A stretch of 63,495 nt of DNA, counting the filler, from Conidiobolus incongruus B7586 (Eukaryota), in assembly GCA_000697335.1 (NCBI GenBank). It is 15 parts of 15 records of this genome, joined end to end, with 100 filler letters (N's around TTAATTAATTAA, not from the genome) between each part and the next. Parts side by side here need not be neighbours in the genome. Positions count along the whole stretch, not along the records: positions 46,376 to 63,495 come from JNEM01000047.1; 14 more parts are not named here. The stretch is one strand, 5' to 3'. Every line of letters starts with the position of its first letter. Within the stretch, counting starts at the first letter, position 1. The notes below the pieces were generated by a model, which saw only the letters and a list, made by a program, of their open reading frames with translations, was not told where the DNA came from and did not search any database. The position numbers and the translations under genes are program-made. Shown here piece by piece: positions 51,901 through 63,495 of the stretch.

Positions 51901-54900
51901 TAGTAACAATATTACATTATAAATTATTAATAAAATTAATTCCTAATATTAAATTGCTTAGAAGTAAGCAATATTTCAAAAATAAGGTTAATATGAATAG
52001 ATTGAATTCAATCTTACCTTATTATGATCAAATAGATTCCAAATTAATTAACTCTGTTTAATGAAAAATCTTTTTTTCACCCATGTATTATTTCAATTAT
52101 ATACAAGGTGAAAGCTAGGGGGAATGGTGTTAACATTATTATGAAAGTTTATGAGAGATTTTCTAGATTTTTTTTTCAAAAGAAAATTAAATGAATTTAT
52201 GCGTAATATAAAATCCCGGAAATTAGTAGACTAAGTTAATTGCAATAAATGAACGTGGCTCCTGATTCATTTTTAATTTAAATGATTAACAATAATATAA
52301 ATTTTTAACATTTTCATCTCTTTTACATCAGATAAATTGTTCTTGATATTGACTGTATGAAATCATTATCAAAATGAAAAAGTTATATGGACTTTGATGT
52401 TCTAGAAAATGCAATTTTGTTACATTATATTATATCGAAGATTATTCACTGTAGATCTTATGTTTACCAAATACAAAATACTAAAAATAAAAATTATTGA
52501 ATTGATTTTGAATCACTTTGATAATTATTCAAAAAAATAAGCTTTGAGGTTTTATATATCACTATCAAGATGTTTTACGTATTAATATTATAAATTAATA
52601 TAAAATACTAAATAATAAACTTGAGGTTTATATAAAATTTCTACATTTTTATAATTTCAATTAGAGAGAGATTTAACATTAGCAAGAGTTTTAATTATTG
52701 AAAAAGATTGTATAATGAATAATAATAAATATTTTTATTATATAAATTCAACCATTAACTATTATAAAATTTCTTAATTGATATTATATATAATAGTTTG
52801 ATTGATTTATAAAAAACAGTTTCAAAATGATTCATATTTGAAAAAGTTAATTGTATTGTTCTATATTGTTTATAAATATAGAACATTTAAATTAAGTCAC
52901 AGGTATAATATAATAATTGTAAATGAATGAATAATTCATATTTAAAGTTGAAAAGTTCTGAAATAATGAATGACGTCAATATAAATATCATTTACTTTAA
53001 TAGTATTTATTTATTACTATCGGTAAATTGAATTTAACTAATAAAACACTAAATGGTTTTTATTTAATAATTAATTATAATTTTAAAATGAATAATGAAT
53101 TATTGTATAATAAAATTATTATATTTATACTTTAAAATTAACTAAAATATTTTGTTGAAAATTTCAAATTTTATATATACTGATTAATAATAATAACTAT
53201 TAATATTTTAACTTTAATAAATATTGATAAATTAGAGCAAATTTTTGAAATTTGAATTGTGTATTTTTCAATCAGTTATAATTAATATCATTATGATTGG
53301 TAATTAAATAATAAATTGTTAATATCATAAAATTTTAAAATTTTTACTAATTCAATTTTTTTTAGTTTTGAACATGAGATTTTTTTTCAGGAATTTCACA
53401 ATTGTTAGAATTATCTTGTGAAAATAGAGTGAATTAAGAGAAAATGACGATATTTTTACATAATTAACCAAAAAAGCATCATGGATGTACACTATGTAAA
53501 TATTCCATCAACCAATTATGATAAATTGATATCAATCTAATATTTGTTAAAGAAAAAACTAACCATATATATATATATATATAAACATTGGGTTAAAATA
53601 TGATTATAATTTCCTTTATAAAAATTCTCATTTTGATTTCTATTTTTCTATTTTTCACATTATTATAATATAACTTTTTTTTACATTTTATTAAATCAGG
53701 AATTTTAGATTTTTATTTAATAAATGGCTAAAGTTAATTCATTTTAAACTAAAATAAAAATTATTTTCCGAATATAAATTTAGATATAAACAGAATATAT
53801 ATCACACTTATTTTTTTCCGTCTATATAAACATATATATTCCTTTCATTTATGGGAATATTATTATATTCAGATAATAGACATTGATTAATGATGAATTA
53901 AACTCAAAAGGCATTTTAATCAAAATTTTTTAATAAGATTGTAGTAATTTGATAATCATCAATAATTCTAGATATTGAAAGCGTTAAAATCATTCATTTT
54001 ATAATATATAATTGAATTATAATATTTGTTAATGACTATATATTGATAAGTAATCTAAGCACTGCCAAAGGGATATTCATTCCTGAATTTTGACATTTTC
54101 AAGTGCATAATCGAAATGAAATATTTTAACGTGTTAAATTTTTAATCGAAGATTATTGAAGTGAATTGAAACTTTATAAGTAATGTTCCAAGGCTTGAAA
54201 TTGGGGATATCCTTAAAAGTTCACTTCACTATTATTCAGGTCCTCCCTGTCATTCAATAGGGAGTTGAGGGAGATCAATCCCATGTTATGTTTAGAGAAA
54301 TTACCTTTGAATATCTTTATCATTTTTAAGACTAATTGAGCTTACAAATATTATTATCCTATTTTAAAATTTTTTATTGCAAATTAATTTTTAAATTGAC
54401 AAATTTTAATAAATATATTATTATTCATTATTTTATTTTAGTGATTAGTTTAAAATCAATTAACCGAATATTTTAATTTAGCTAAATTTATTAAAATATA
54501 TTGATTTGGCATTTTTATTAATTTTGTTGAAATTGTAAAGTTATATAATTCAAAAGTTGAATCATTGAGACAGAAATTGGTCTATTGATCTAATTTTCAT
54601 ATTTAAAATATTAATGGATATATAAATCCTATGTAGAATCTTTAAAAGATTAATTAAAATATTCATAAGAACTTAACTGAATATTCTTGCTAATATTTAT
54701 ACTATAGAATATAAAAGAATAATAGCTAGATATTCGAACTTTTTTTAATTATAAAATTCGAGTTGAATAATTTTATAACTACATAGAATAAGTAATTTTT
54801 GGATTTTTCTATCATTTTTAAAATAATATGTAGAGTTTAAAATGTCATTCAATATGTTCCGATATTAATGGTATAAAATATTAACCAAATTATGAAAATT

Positions 54901-57900
54901 TAATCTCATTAACATTTGTGAATCTTTGTAATAATTACCTAATTTCATTCAACAATAAATATATTAAATCCATTACAAACTTGATCCTATTTAAAAGTCA
55001 AAAACAACGGAATAATGTTTAAATAGCCATAATAAAACAGCGATTATTACATCATATCAAGTTATAGATGTTAATATCTACTTAATAATAATATCTAATC
55101 AAGAACAATTTCCCCGAAATATTAATTTGATTACAAATAAGAATAGTTTTTAAAATTTAATGGGATTTAAAGTTTGAGAAAAAAATATTGTTGTTTTTAA
55201 ACAAGTTCTGGTCAACTTCAGTTGGAAAAAATCCACCATATATATGGGTAAAGGTAGAGGTAATTTTATTCATCATTGTTGATAAAATAATTGGGGATGT
55301 TGAAAGTAAACTGTTGGTATTGTTAAAATATAATATAATTATGTCTGTATACTCAAAAAAATGATAAGTGATAATTATAATAAAATCAAAGATTATCGAG
55401 AATTTTAAATCATTAATCTAAAATTAATTTAATTGAATTAAAATAATTTCTTCGAAATGCGTGGTAATCACGTGGTGATATCAGAATTGATATTAATTAA
55501 TAAAAGGGATTTTGATCCAATCATTGTGGCCCATTAATTCTTAAAATAGAAACTCAAATTTTATATTAATATATTTCAAATGGTAAAATATAACTTATAT
55601 TTTATTCAATTATATTTAAAAAATGATATATTTAACTTTATTTATAATATATTTTTATATTTAAAATATAAATAAAATAAAATAAATCAAATAATTGAAT
55701 CTAAATCTAATTTTGATAAAAAAATAAATATTTGAAAATCTTGCTGTTTCCATTATTTTTCATTAATATAATCATTTAATTAAGTTTATATTAAAAAACA
55801 GATTTATAATTGTGATTGTAAAAGAAAGATTAAAGATGAATATTATCGAAAATTTAGTTAATAATAATTATATTTTTGATACTAATTCAAACTTGATTCT
55901 TATTCATTATTTAATAGTCTAATTATTTAATAATATAATTAGCTATTTCAAAAATTTAAACTAATATTAATTAAAATTTGAAAAACTAAATGAATATTTA
56001 ATTTTAATTTGAAATTTTTTTAATGTAGGTATTATGATGCCATTATAAAAAAATATTGCTAATTAAAATTAAACCAAGAACCGCTGATTCTAACTAATTG
56101 GGGAGGGGAGTATAGTTTGTAAATGCTGAAATTGTTGAAGATGAAATTGGTGAAAATCAATTTTTCATAATTACTATGTTTTCAAAAAATATCGCTTTGG
56201 TATATTTGTAAATTATTCGATAGTTATTGTTTTTAACGAATATAGAAATTATTCAAATAATTCTAATACTCGAATTTTTTTACAATTGATTCATTTTTTG
56301 GACGAATAATTTTTCTAAAAACCATATATTTAAAATGAAGTATTGATTCTATTAAACGCAATTTTCCAAACTATTTATAACAATATAAATCCCTAAAACA
56401 TAGATAATACCATTTTTAGATCATTTTGGTTATAATTGGATATATCAATTATTCCTTATCAAAGCAGAGCTGTAAAAAGAGTTATATTATTAAATTTTAA
56501 GGATAAAATATACTTGATTCAGAAATATAGAATAATTCATTTATTTTGTCAATTTTATATTTCATATATGTATTCCTAAATATAAAAAAGATTTCTGAGT
56601 TAATAATATTATGTATATATTATAATGGATTACATATATTATAGTCCATTTTGTAATTTTTTTTAAATATTTTGATAATAATTTTAAGCAATTTTAGATT
56701 CAAATATATGATCAATTTGGTTAATTACTAAATTTACTATATAATTCAATTTGGAATTTTTTTTAAAAATTTTCTGATGAGAAAATAGGAAAATAATTTC
56801 AAGTGATGATTTATTATAGTGACAAAAATAATACAATCATTCACCTAATTAAAAATACGTCTAAGATATCATATATAACAGGATGATAAATAAATACAAA
56901 GTCAGTAGTATTACTTTCAAAATCAAAACTTGACCAAATTACTAAATAAAGAATTAGAGAAATAACCACTAATTTGGATATGGAGTGAAACATATTCAAA
57001 TAATAGTAAAATAAACTTTGAGTAGTTTGCTGAATTGGGAAAGTTATTACAAATCAAAGATAATTTGGCTCCTCTCCCCCTATTTGGTATCCAGTAATCC
57101 ACTTTCACGCCAAATTGAGGAGTTAACTAGCATACATTCAATTTAATAATAGATTTGGAATTTTTTTGTTATATTAGTATTTGTATTCGATTATCTATTT
57201 CTATCCATACGTGAGATAATTGAGCTAAATTGATGAGTAAAAAATTTATTATTAGTTTTTCAAAATAAATTAATGTTAAAAATATTTGATTGATGAAGAA
57301 TATATTGAATACAATTTTATAGCCAGAGTAAAAGCTGCTTTACCATCCATTTCATATTGTAAAATTTTAATTTATGCAGGATCGTATGAGAATTCAGTTG
57401 TGCAATAATAACCAATCAATCCTACTAATTGAAATGGTCACAATGTGTCATCAAAGTAATGATTTAGTTAGAGTTGTATGGTATTTGATCGTTTAGATGT
57501 GGACCTCAATTACCAGGGCCCAATTGCCCGTTTTCTAAATAAATTTTGGTATTGAAAGGGAGAGAGGATAAAAATTGGAAAATGGCTGAATTTAGAAATA
57601 AAAAGTTGGGAGTCTAGTTGACTTGAATCTAAGACAAAGAATAATTAAAGTTAGCTTATTGATCATATGAAATAGGGAGCAATATGTCAATACAATATTC
57701 ATCCGCAGTTGAATTGAATAAACAGTAAAGAGGCTAATTGTTGCTTGAGTTGGACTATTCTCATTGTTGGCGGTTTTTATTCGGACTAATCTAATTCCAT
57801 TGGACAATGGGTTCGCATAATTTGTAATATTTGCGAGTTTTTATTACCTTGATCAACATATTGGTGTAATATATGAATGGCTCTAATATCGTTATACATG

Positions 57901-58479
57901 TATACTTCAACGCTTGTCCTTCTGACTAGTTTCAGAATACTAAAACAATGACAATATGATGAAATAATTGATTTGGTTTATCATACCAATAACCTTGAGT
58001 CCGAGACAAATATTACTTCAGTCAATTTCTTTGTGTCAATTTTAGTGTTGATGATATTTAATAAGGTCCCTGAGAGATGTAAATTGATATGGCTATGCGA
58101 GGTTGATAACTGTGTGACCACCTCAATTTGTTCCGTTTACAATAATATCTATTATTCAAATGAAAATCTATCATTCAAATACTTGTAATTCCAAATTCCG
58201 GTTCAGGGGCCAATAGTTTTTTGCAATTGGCTGAAGCCGGGTATTTTAAAAGTTTTGCGACACAGCTGAAATCATGTATTGGTCAATTTGACCCCTGGGA
58301 TTTATCCAACATAAAGCTTCTATCTTTGTTATCTGAACGAGAGTCAGAAATTGGGGAGTGCTAGGCCAAGTGCAAGTGGCACAAGCTTCAAATAGGAAAT
58401 TCATCTTAACCCGGTGCTTTTTTCCGACTCAATCCATTTATAGAATGGGGGACGAAGGCTGAATTTGGAGGTTTTGGAT

Positions 58480-58785
58480 CTTTCGAAATTGTCGAGTAGG
58501 GAGGAGCCAGCAGGGGGAGTGAGGTGATGATGGTGGTCAATGTGTTCCAGCATGGGCCAATCAGCTTCCAGAGCGATCGTTTAACACCATCCAACCAAGC
58601 ATTACGTGTCCACACACCTTTTTCACATGGATTCCACCAATCAGATGGAGCAGTAATGTTGGTGGAATGAAGTCGTGGGTGTGGAATGGTAGGGAGATGG
58701 GAGAGGGAGGAATGGAATAATTGGATATAGTGAAGTTTTCCAATCCCAAGTCCATCAAACAATTACCATAAATCATATAAATACA
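58480..58785 (+). promoter_or_regulatory. Probable promoter of the homeobox gene
   Basis: GC/purine-rich island with GGGAG runs, two CCAATCAG boxes (about 58557 and 58637), TATAAA at about 58776, then an abrupt switch to a C/T-rich leader. Confidence 0.5.
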
Positions 58786-59319
58786 CCCCTATCCAGCAGA
58801 ATCCAACGACAAACTTTCATATCTCCTTATTTCAATCAGTTCTGCACTGTTTGTTTTCATTGTGTTGATTAGTTTTCAGCACTCAGCTACGATTAACGAT
58901 TGATTCTAAAGTTGCATTTTGCAATAGCCTGTACTATTAAATCCCGGACTTGTTGAATACATCCGATTTCAACTGTTCTTCACCACTACCTTATCTTTCC
59001 TTTCATACATATATTCAAGGTAGCTCAACTCGAATTCTTTGACCACTTCAACTTGGGACTTTAATCTTCCACTTGTATTCTGTATATTAATCAATTCCAA
59101 GTTTTGGTTATTTCTATATTATATAATCAGGTAAACTGCGTTTACGCCAATTATAGTCTGAAAATTACCAAAGTAGACAATTCATATCTAAGATTACCCC
59201 ACAATATCGCTTGATTATCGACTCCCCCTCATCAATCTAGCAATCCAATATTTCAACCTTATCTTAATCACAACATATTTGTTTACCCCTGATTCCATTA
59301 ATTAAGCCAGCTCTTCAAC

Positions 59320-61110
59320 ATGTCATCTGCTAGCGCTGATCTTTCCAATCCTTCAATGGATCCTAACCGTATTGCCTCTCACCAACAGTCTTCACAACAT
59401 CACTATAATGCTCAGCAACATTACCATTATGGTCATCCTCAACAACATAACCAAATGTTTGATCAATACTATCAGCAACAAACTCAAGTTCAAGGTGCTA
59501 TGGGTGCCACCTCCACATCCCATGATTCCTCAATAACGTCATCTACTAATAATACATCTTCAGCAGCCAATCCTAGTCATACCGTCGCAACTCCACCTAC
59601 AACTGATGAACCTAAATCAGCAGGCCAAGATGCCACTCCATCATCCCCCAACTCAAATAAAGGCGCATATCTCAACAGAAGGAGGACAAGAGCAACTCCT
59701 GAACAGTTAGCCATCCTCGAAGATACTTTTCTCAAAAACTCCTCCCCCAACAGCCGAGTTCGCGAGATGCTTGCTGAACGTCTTGACATGACTGAGCGCT
59801 CTGTTCAGATCTGGTTCCAAAACAGACGTGCCAAAGTTAAGATGATGCAAAAACGCTTTGGCGGACTTCCTCGTGGTGCTGGAGGCTATCGTCCTCCTTT
59901 GATGATGGGTGGGTATCCTGGCGATCTCACCGGCATGCAGCCACATCCCCTTAAGCGCAATCACTCTTTTGGTGGGTTTGGATCAGGAAGTGATATGGTT
60001 CATGGTGATATGTCAATGCTTCCCCACGGTGGCTTCAGCCCTTTTCCCGAGAGCTCCCCTTATCTCAGTGAGGAAGGTGGACTTTTCTCCAGTCCCATGG
60101 CCCAAGGTCGCCATGATCGATTCAGCTCTGGATCTTGGTCTGATTTGGGCAATACACTTCCTTGTAATATGTTAGCTATTGGAACTTGGCAACGTATGCC
60201 TGTCAAGTCCGACGATCTCTCCTGCACTTTTTGCCCCGAAACCAGACAGATGTCCTGGTTAATCGGTGAAAATCTCACCAAATTCCAAATCATATTCCCC
60301 TACAGCTCAATCACCCACTTAGAACTCGTTGTTGGAGCTCTTTCGTTTGCTCGACTTACAATTACTTTAAATGCACCTCCCTCTTTCTATATTCAAACAA
60401 GCCCTATGCCAGGTGCACCCCACGTGATTGACGCCAATTGGGTTCCTTGTAGTGATTTTACCGAGAATCAACAAGCTACTCAATGCTTGAAGCATGTTAT
60501 CAAAGGCCCTGCTCAGCCTTTACAAATGCAAGTTCGCAAACTATTACAGCATTCTCCTGAATTGGTCACTATTTCCAGCTTACATTCCAACCCTTCTCAA
60601 CAAGCAAATAACCGCCGCCTTTCTGTAGGTCACAACATGTCTGGAATGGGATCAGTTCCAGATGTTGGTGGTGTGCGCAGGATGCATTATGGTGTAGGTA
60701 TGGCCCCAGAATCCTCTCTTGGCCCCGCTCCCACCGAAACACCCACTGAAGATAGCATCGCTCGTAGTAGATCCTATTCATTACCAGTTGTCCCTCAAGC
60801 TAATGACCCAACAGGAATGAGCCATCCTAACGACCCCAACAATGCCAATAACTTGTCATTCGACGGAAGTCTTAGCAACTTTAACAATCCTATGGTCAAC
60901 AATCAGCAATTTGGAGCTAATTTCCTTTCAAGGGGAATGTCAATGGCCACATCCACTGCTCAGCATCCATTCTCAGGACTTCCTGATTTAGCCGAAGAAA
61001 GTGCTCCCGCCTCTGGCATGTACTACCAGGATTCGGCAGCCACCACTTCACCTACCCATCTCAACACCACACAGCAACCTACCACATCTCTGCCACCCCC
61101 TACATCTTAA
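59320..61110 (+). CDS. Homeodomain transcription factor, HOY1/Phx1/Pah1 type, 596 aa, intronless CDS
   Basis: Homeodomain RRRTRATPEQLAILE...RSVQIWFQNRRAKVK plus the HOY1-type domain (CNMLAIGTWQR...DL...MSWLI...FQIIFPYSSI...PPSFY...WVPCSDFTENQQAT...HVIKG). Confidence 0.95.
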   Translation: MSSASADLSNPSMDPNRIASHQQSSQHHYNAQQHYHYGHPQQHNQMFDQYYQQQTQVQGAMGATSTSHDSSITSSTNNTSSAANPSHTVATPPTTDEPKSAGQDATPSSPNSNKGAYLNRRRTRATPEQLAILEDTFLKNSSPNSRVREMLAERLDMTERSVQIWFQNRRAKVKMMQKRFGGLPRGAGGYRPPLMMGGYPGDLTGMQPHPLKRNHSFGGFGSGSDMVHGDMSMLPHGGFSPFPESSPYLSEEGGLFSSPMAQGRHDRFSSGSWSDLGNTLPCNMLAIGTWQRMPVKSDDLSCTFCPETRQMSWLIGENLTKFQIIFPYSSITHLELVVGALSFARLTITLNAPPSFYIQTSPMPGAPHVIDANWVPCSDFTENQQATQCLKHVIKGPAQPLQMQVRKLLQHSPELVTISSLHSNPSQQANNRRLSVGHNMSGMGSVPDVGGVRRMHYGVGMAPESSLGPAPTETPTEDSIARSRSYSLPVVPQANDPTGMSHPNDPNNANNLSFDGSLSNFNNPMVNNQQFGANFLSRGMSMATSTAQHPFSGLPDLAEESAPASGMYYQDSAATTSPTHLNTTQQPTTSLPPPTS

Positions 61111-63495
61111 TTAATTATATAAATAATCAAAAATTCAATTTATTTAACAATACCCAAATATGGAGTAGACCCAAATGGTAACATATAAATTATATATTAA
61201 TAAATTCATTTTTACTATATATCTAGACCTATTTTTCCAATCCTTAATCATCATCATTCTAGTTTTTCTTATTTTCATCGTTATTAATTTAACCGATTAT
61301 ATTATTTAGAATCAGCGATATTCATTAAATTCTCAAGCATAACCTTCTAATTCTCTCAACTGTTACAAATTCCCAAGCATCATTCAGGAATGGCACATCT
61401 GACGCATTTGGCAAGATTAAAGAGACTGCATCATCATCTCTTACCATTCAAAAAGCCAATAGAAATCGACTTCATGGGTGGATGCTATTCCTACTAGCTA
61501 AATCCCTCACTCTCACTCTGGTAGTGGATCTTAGAATCTTTTATTTAAATTGATTTTTTATAATAATTGGAATCATTTTTTGCAACCTAAGCTATTAAAC
61601 AATTCTAGCACTTACACATTCTGTTGAGTAATTTGGAATTTACTCCTTTAATATTTTGAATTAAACCAATTTCAAGTTAAACGATTCTAGTTTTTAAACA
61701 ATATTTATCATTATTAGAATTGGTTAATTTAATATCAATAACTAAATTATGCAATTAAACACTATGATTTAATTATTAGAATCTACTATATTTAGTTAAT
61801 CCATTAAACTATTGAGTATTATTTTTGAATAAACATCAATCCAAAAACATTCAATCAAACTGAATATAATGGGTTTTAATATATTTTGTTAAATATAAAT
61901 TTAAAATATAATTAATTATTAATCAATTTCGGTTTCAAATAATGTTCAATTTATTATAATTTTTAATCAATTATTAATATTTTTATCTATTATTTCATAA
62001 TATGGTTTAGAATTAAAATTAATTGTTTATTTGGTCTTTGTAATATTTAATTAATTTAAAAATTATGCGATATATTTCATTAATGAATAGGGTCCAATTT
62101 ATATTAATCAAAGAACGTGATAAGGTTCTTGATTCATTTTTAATAATTGTTTTAATAATTTTAATCGGACTGATTACATAATTTATATATTTGTTCAATT
62201 ATTTTTCAGGAAATTCGAAATTTTTTCATTTTAGAATTTATTATTTTTTTGTGAAAATTTTTTACTATTTGAAATGGAAATTTGATAATTTAAAATTATA
62301 TTATGTTGGTTTGATTCCAAGTAATACATTGTTATTTTTTTAAATTTATCTCGATTCAATGTTCAATCATTAACGCAAATATTATATTAAATGATGAAAT
62401 ATTTTGTGTAAAATTCATAATTGTTACTGTAGATCTTGATTAATTGGTACATTCAGTTTTTCAAATAAAATTATATATAAATATTTAAAGTAATGATTAG
62501 CAATTATATACTTTTAATCGGAGCTCAAACTAAATTGAATTGTTATTACGTTCAATAATTTTCAAATCTTTTAATTGAAAATATGATTATTTAATTACTT
62601 TGGAATTTTTAGAGGATCTTAGAACTATTCATAATAATAGTAATTCACCTATTTACCAACAACTCAATTTTGAAATTTTCCCAGTTTCATCAATATCAAT
62701 TTATCAATTCCATAGTGCATTTCAAATTTATATTTTATTCAATAAAAGAAAACGTCCTATAAATATATTAGGTATTATAGGTATATTTTCATTTAGAAAC
62801 TATCACGAAATATACAGTGGTTTGAAAAATAAGTTTTGTAATATGAAATATTTATTTTTAATAAATTATAAAAAACTAGGGGAAATAATATTCTAATAAT
62901 TTCTATCTTTATCCTCTTTCAACAATGTAATTTTATAGTAATGCTAATCACCTGACCTGTTTATATAGTATTAAAAAAGTAAAAAAATTATATCTTCAAT
63001 TTTAAATTAGTAAAAATTTCATTAAATTTCTTTCCTAAATTCAATCCTCAAAATCTTTATAATCATAAGGATAATTATTGGGTAAATATGGAAGATAGGC
63101 CAAAAAACAAGTCATTATAATTATTATATTTCGAATATACCTGTCCATAACAATCTCATACTTAAGCTATTGTTATTATTTTAAATTCAGGCTAGTTTTG
63201 TTAGTCCATGACTAAAGGATATTTTTTGATTTTTAGTTAAATTGAAGTCAAACTTTTTGTCATTTATTAAATAAATTATTTAAACTAAAATTTATAAAAA
63301 AAGAGATTTTTTTTTGATACTTTACTATAATATTTTAACAATGAATAAACTTCAAGATATATAATCCTAATATATTAAAAACTAAGATAAATAATTATTT
63401 AAATTTTCTTATAAATATCATTCAAAAAATTTTTTAATTATATATCATATTTTAAAATATCTTAGTAATAAATATTATTTCATTATATCTATATA

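Noticed and set aside
58406..58776. 118-aa and 71-aa minus-strand ORFs upstream of the homeobox gene
   Set aside because: They coincide with the GC-rich promoter island and have no recognisable domain; likely chance ORFs.
45414..62896. Short I/N/F/Y/K-rich ORFs (45414, 51576, 56923, 57592, 57973, 62600; similarly 6662, 14086, 19741, 28514)
   Set aside because: Composition is what random AT-rich DNA gives; many use non-ATG starts; no motifs.

Overview
Very AT-rich eukaryotic DNA with short (mostly ~45-70 nt) GT-AG introns and fungal-type genes. It best fits an early-diverging fungus (Conidiobolus/Entomophthorales-like; inference from composition and gene content, not a database hit). The window is not one continuous molecule: 15 contigs are joined by 14 identical 100-bp linkers (N44-TTAATTAATTAA-N44), so adjacency across linkers is unproven. 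Recognisable genes: ABCB/MDR transporter 3' end, monoglyceride lipase split across the two ends of one contig, Cut8/Sts1, a CINP-like gene, AVT-type amino-acid transporter 3' end, CNMT/CMAS-type methyltransferase, secreted class-3 lipase, glucosidase II alpha (GH31), C1-THF synthase 5' end, RPS11, STEEP1/CXorf56-like, Ctf8, a degenerate SpoU-like gene, an orphan basic protein and a HOY1/Phx1-type homeobox factor. There are also two pseudogenes (M50B-like peptidase, beta-adaptin ear) and two transposon relics (mariner, Ty3/Gypsy). No rRNA, tRNA or CRISPR was seen. I cannot claim a wholly new system. The best leads are: a contig with a 69-bp terminal repeat that circularly permutes one lipase gene; convergent STEEP1/Ctf8 genes whose stop codons interlock on one TTAA; a fungal CINP-like gene; an animal-type mariner relic; an ATG-free ~600-nt homeobox leader with a possible recursive splice site; and signs of a recently duplicated genome.
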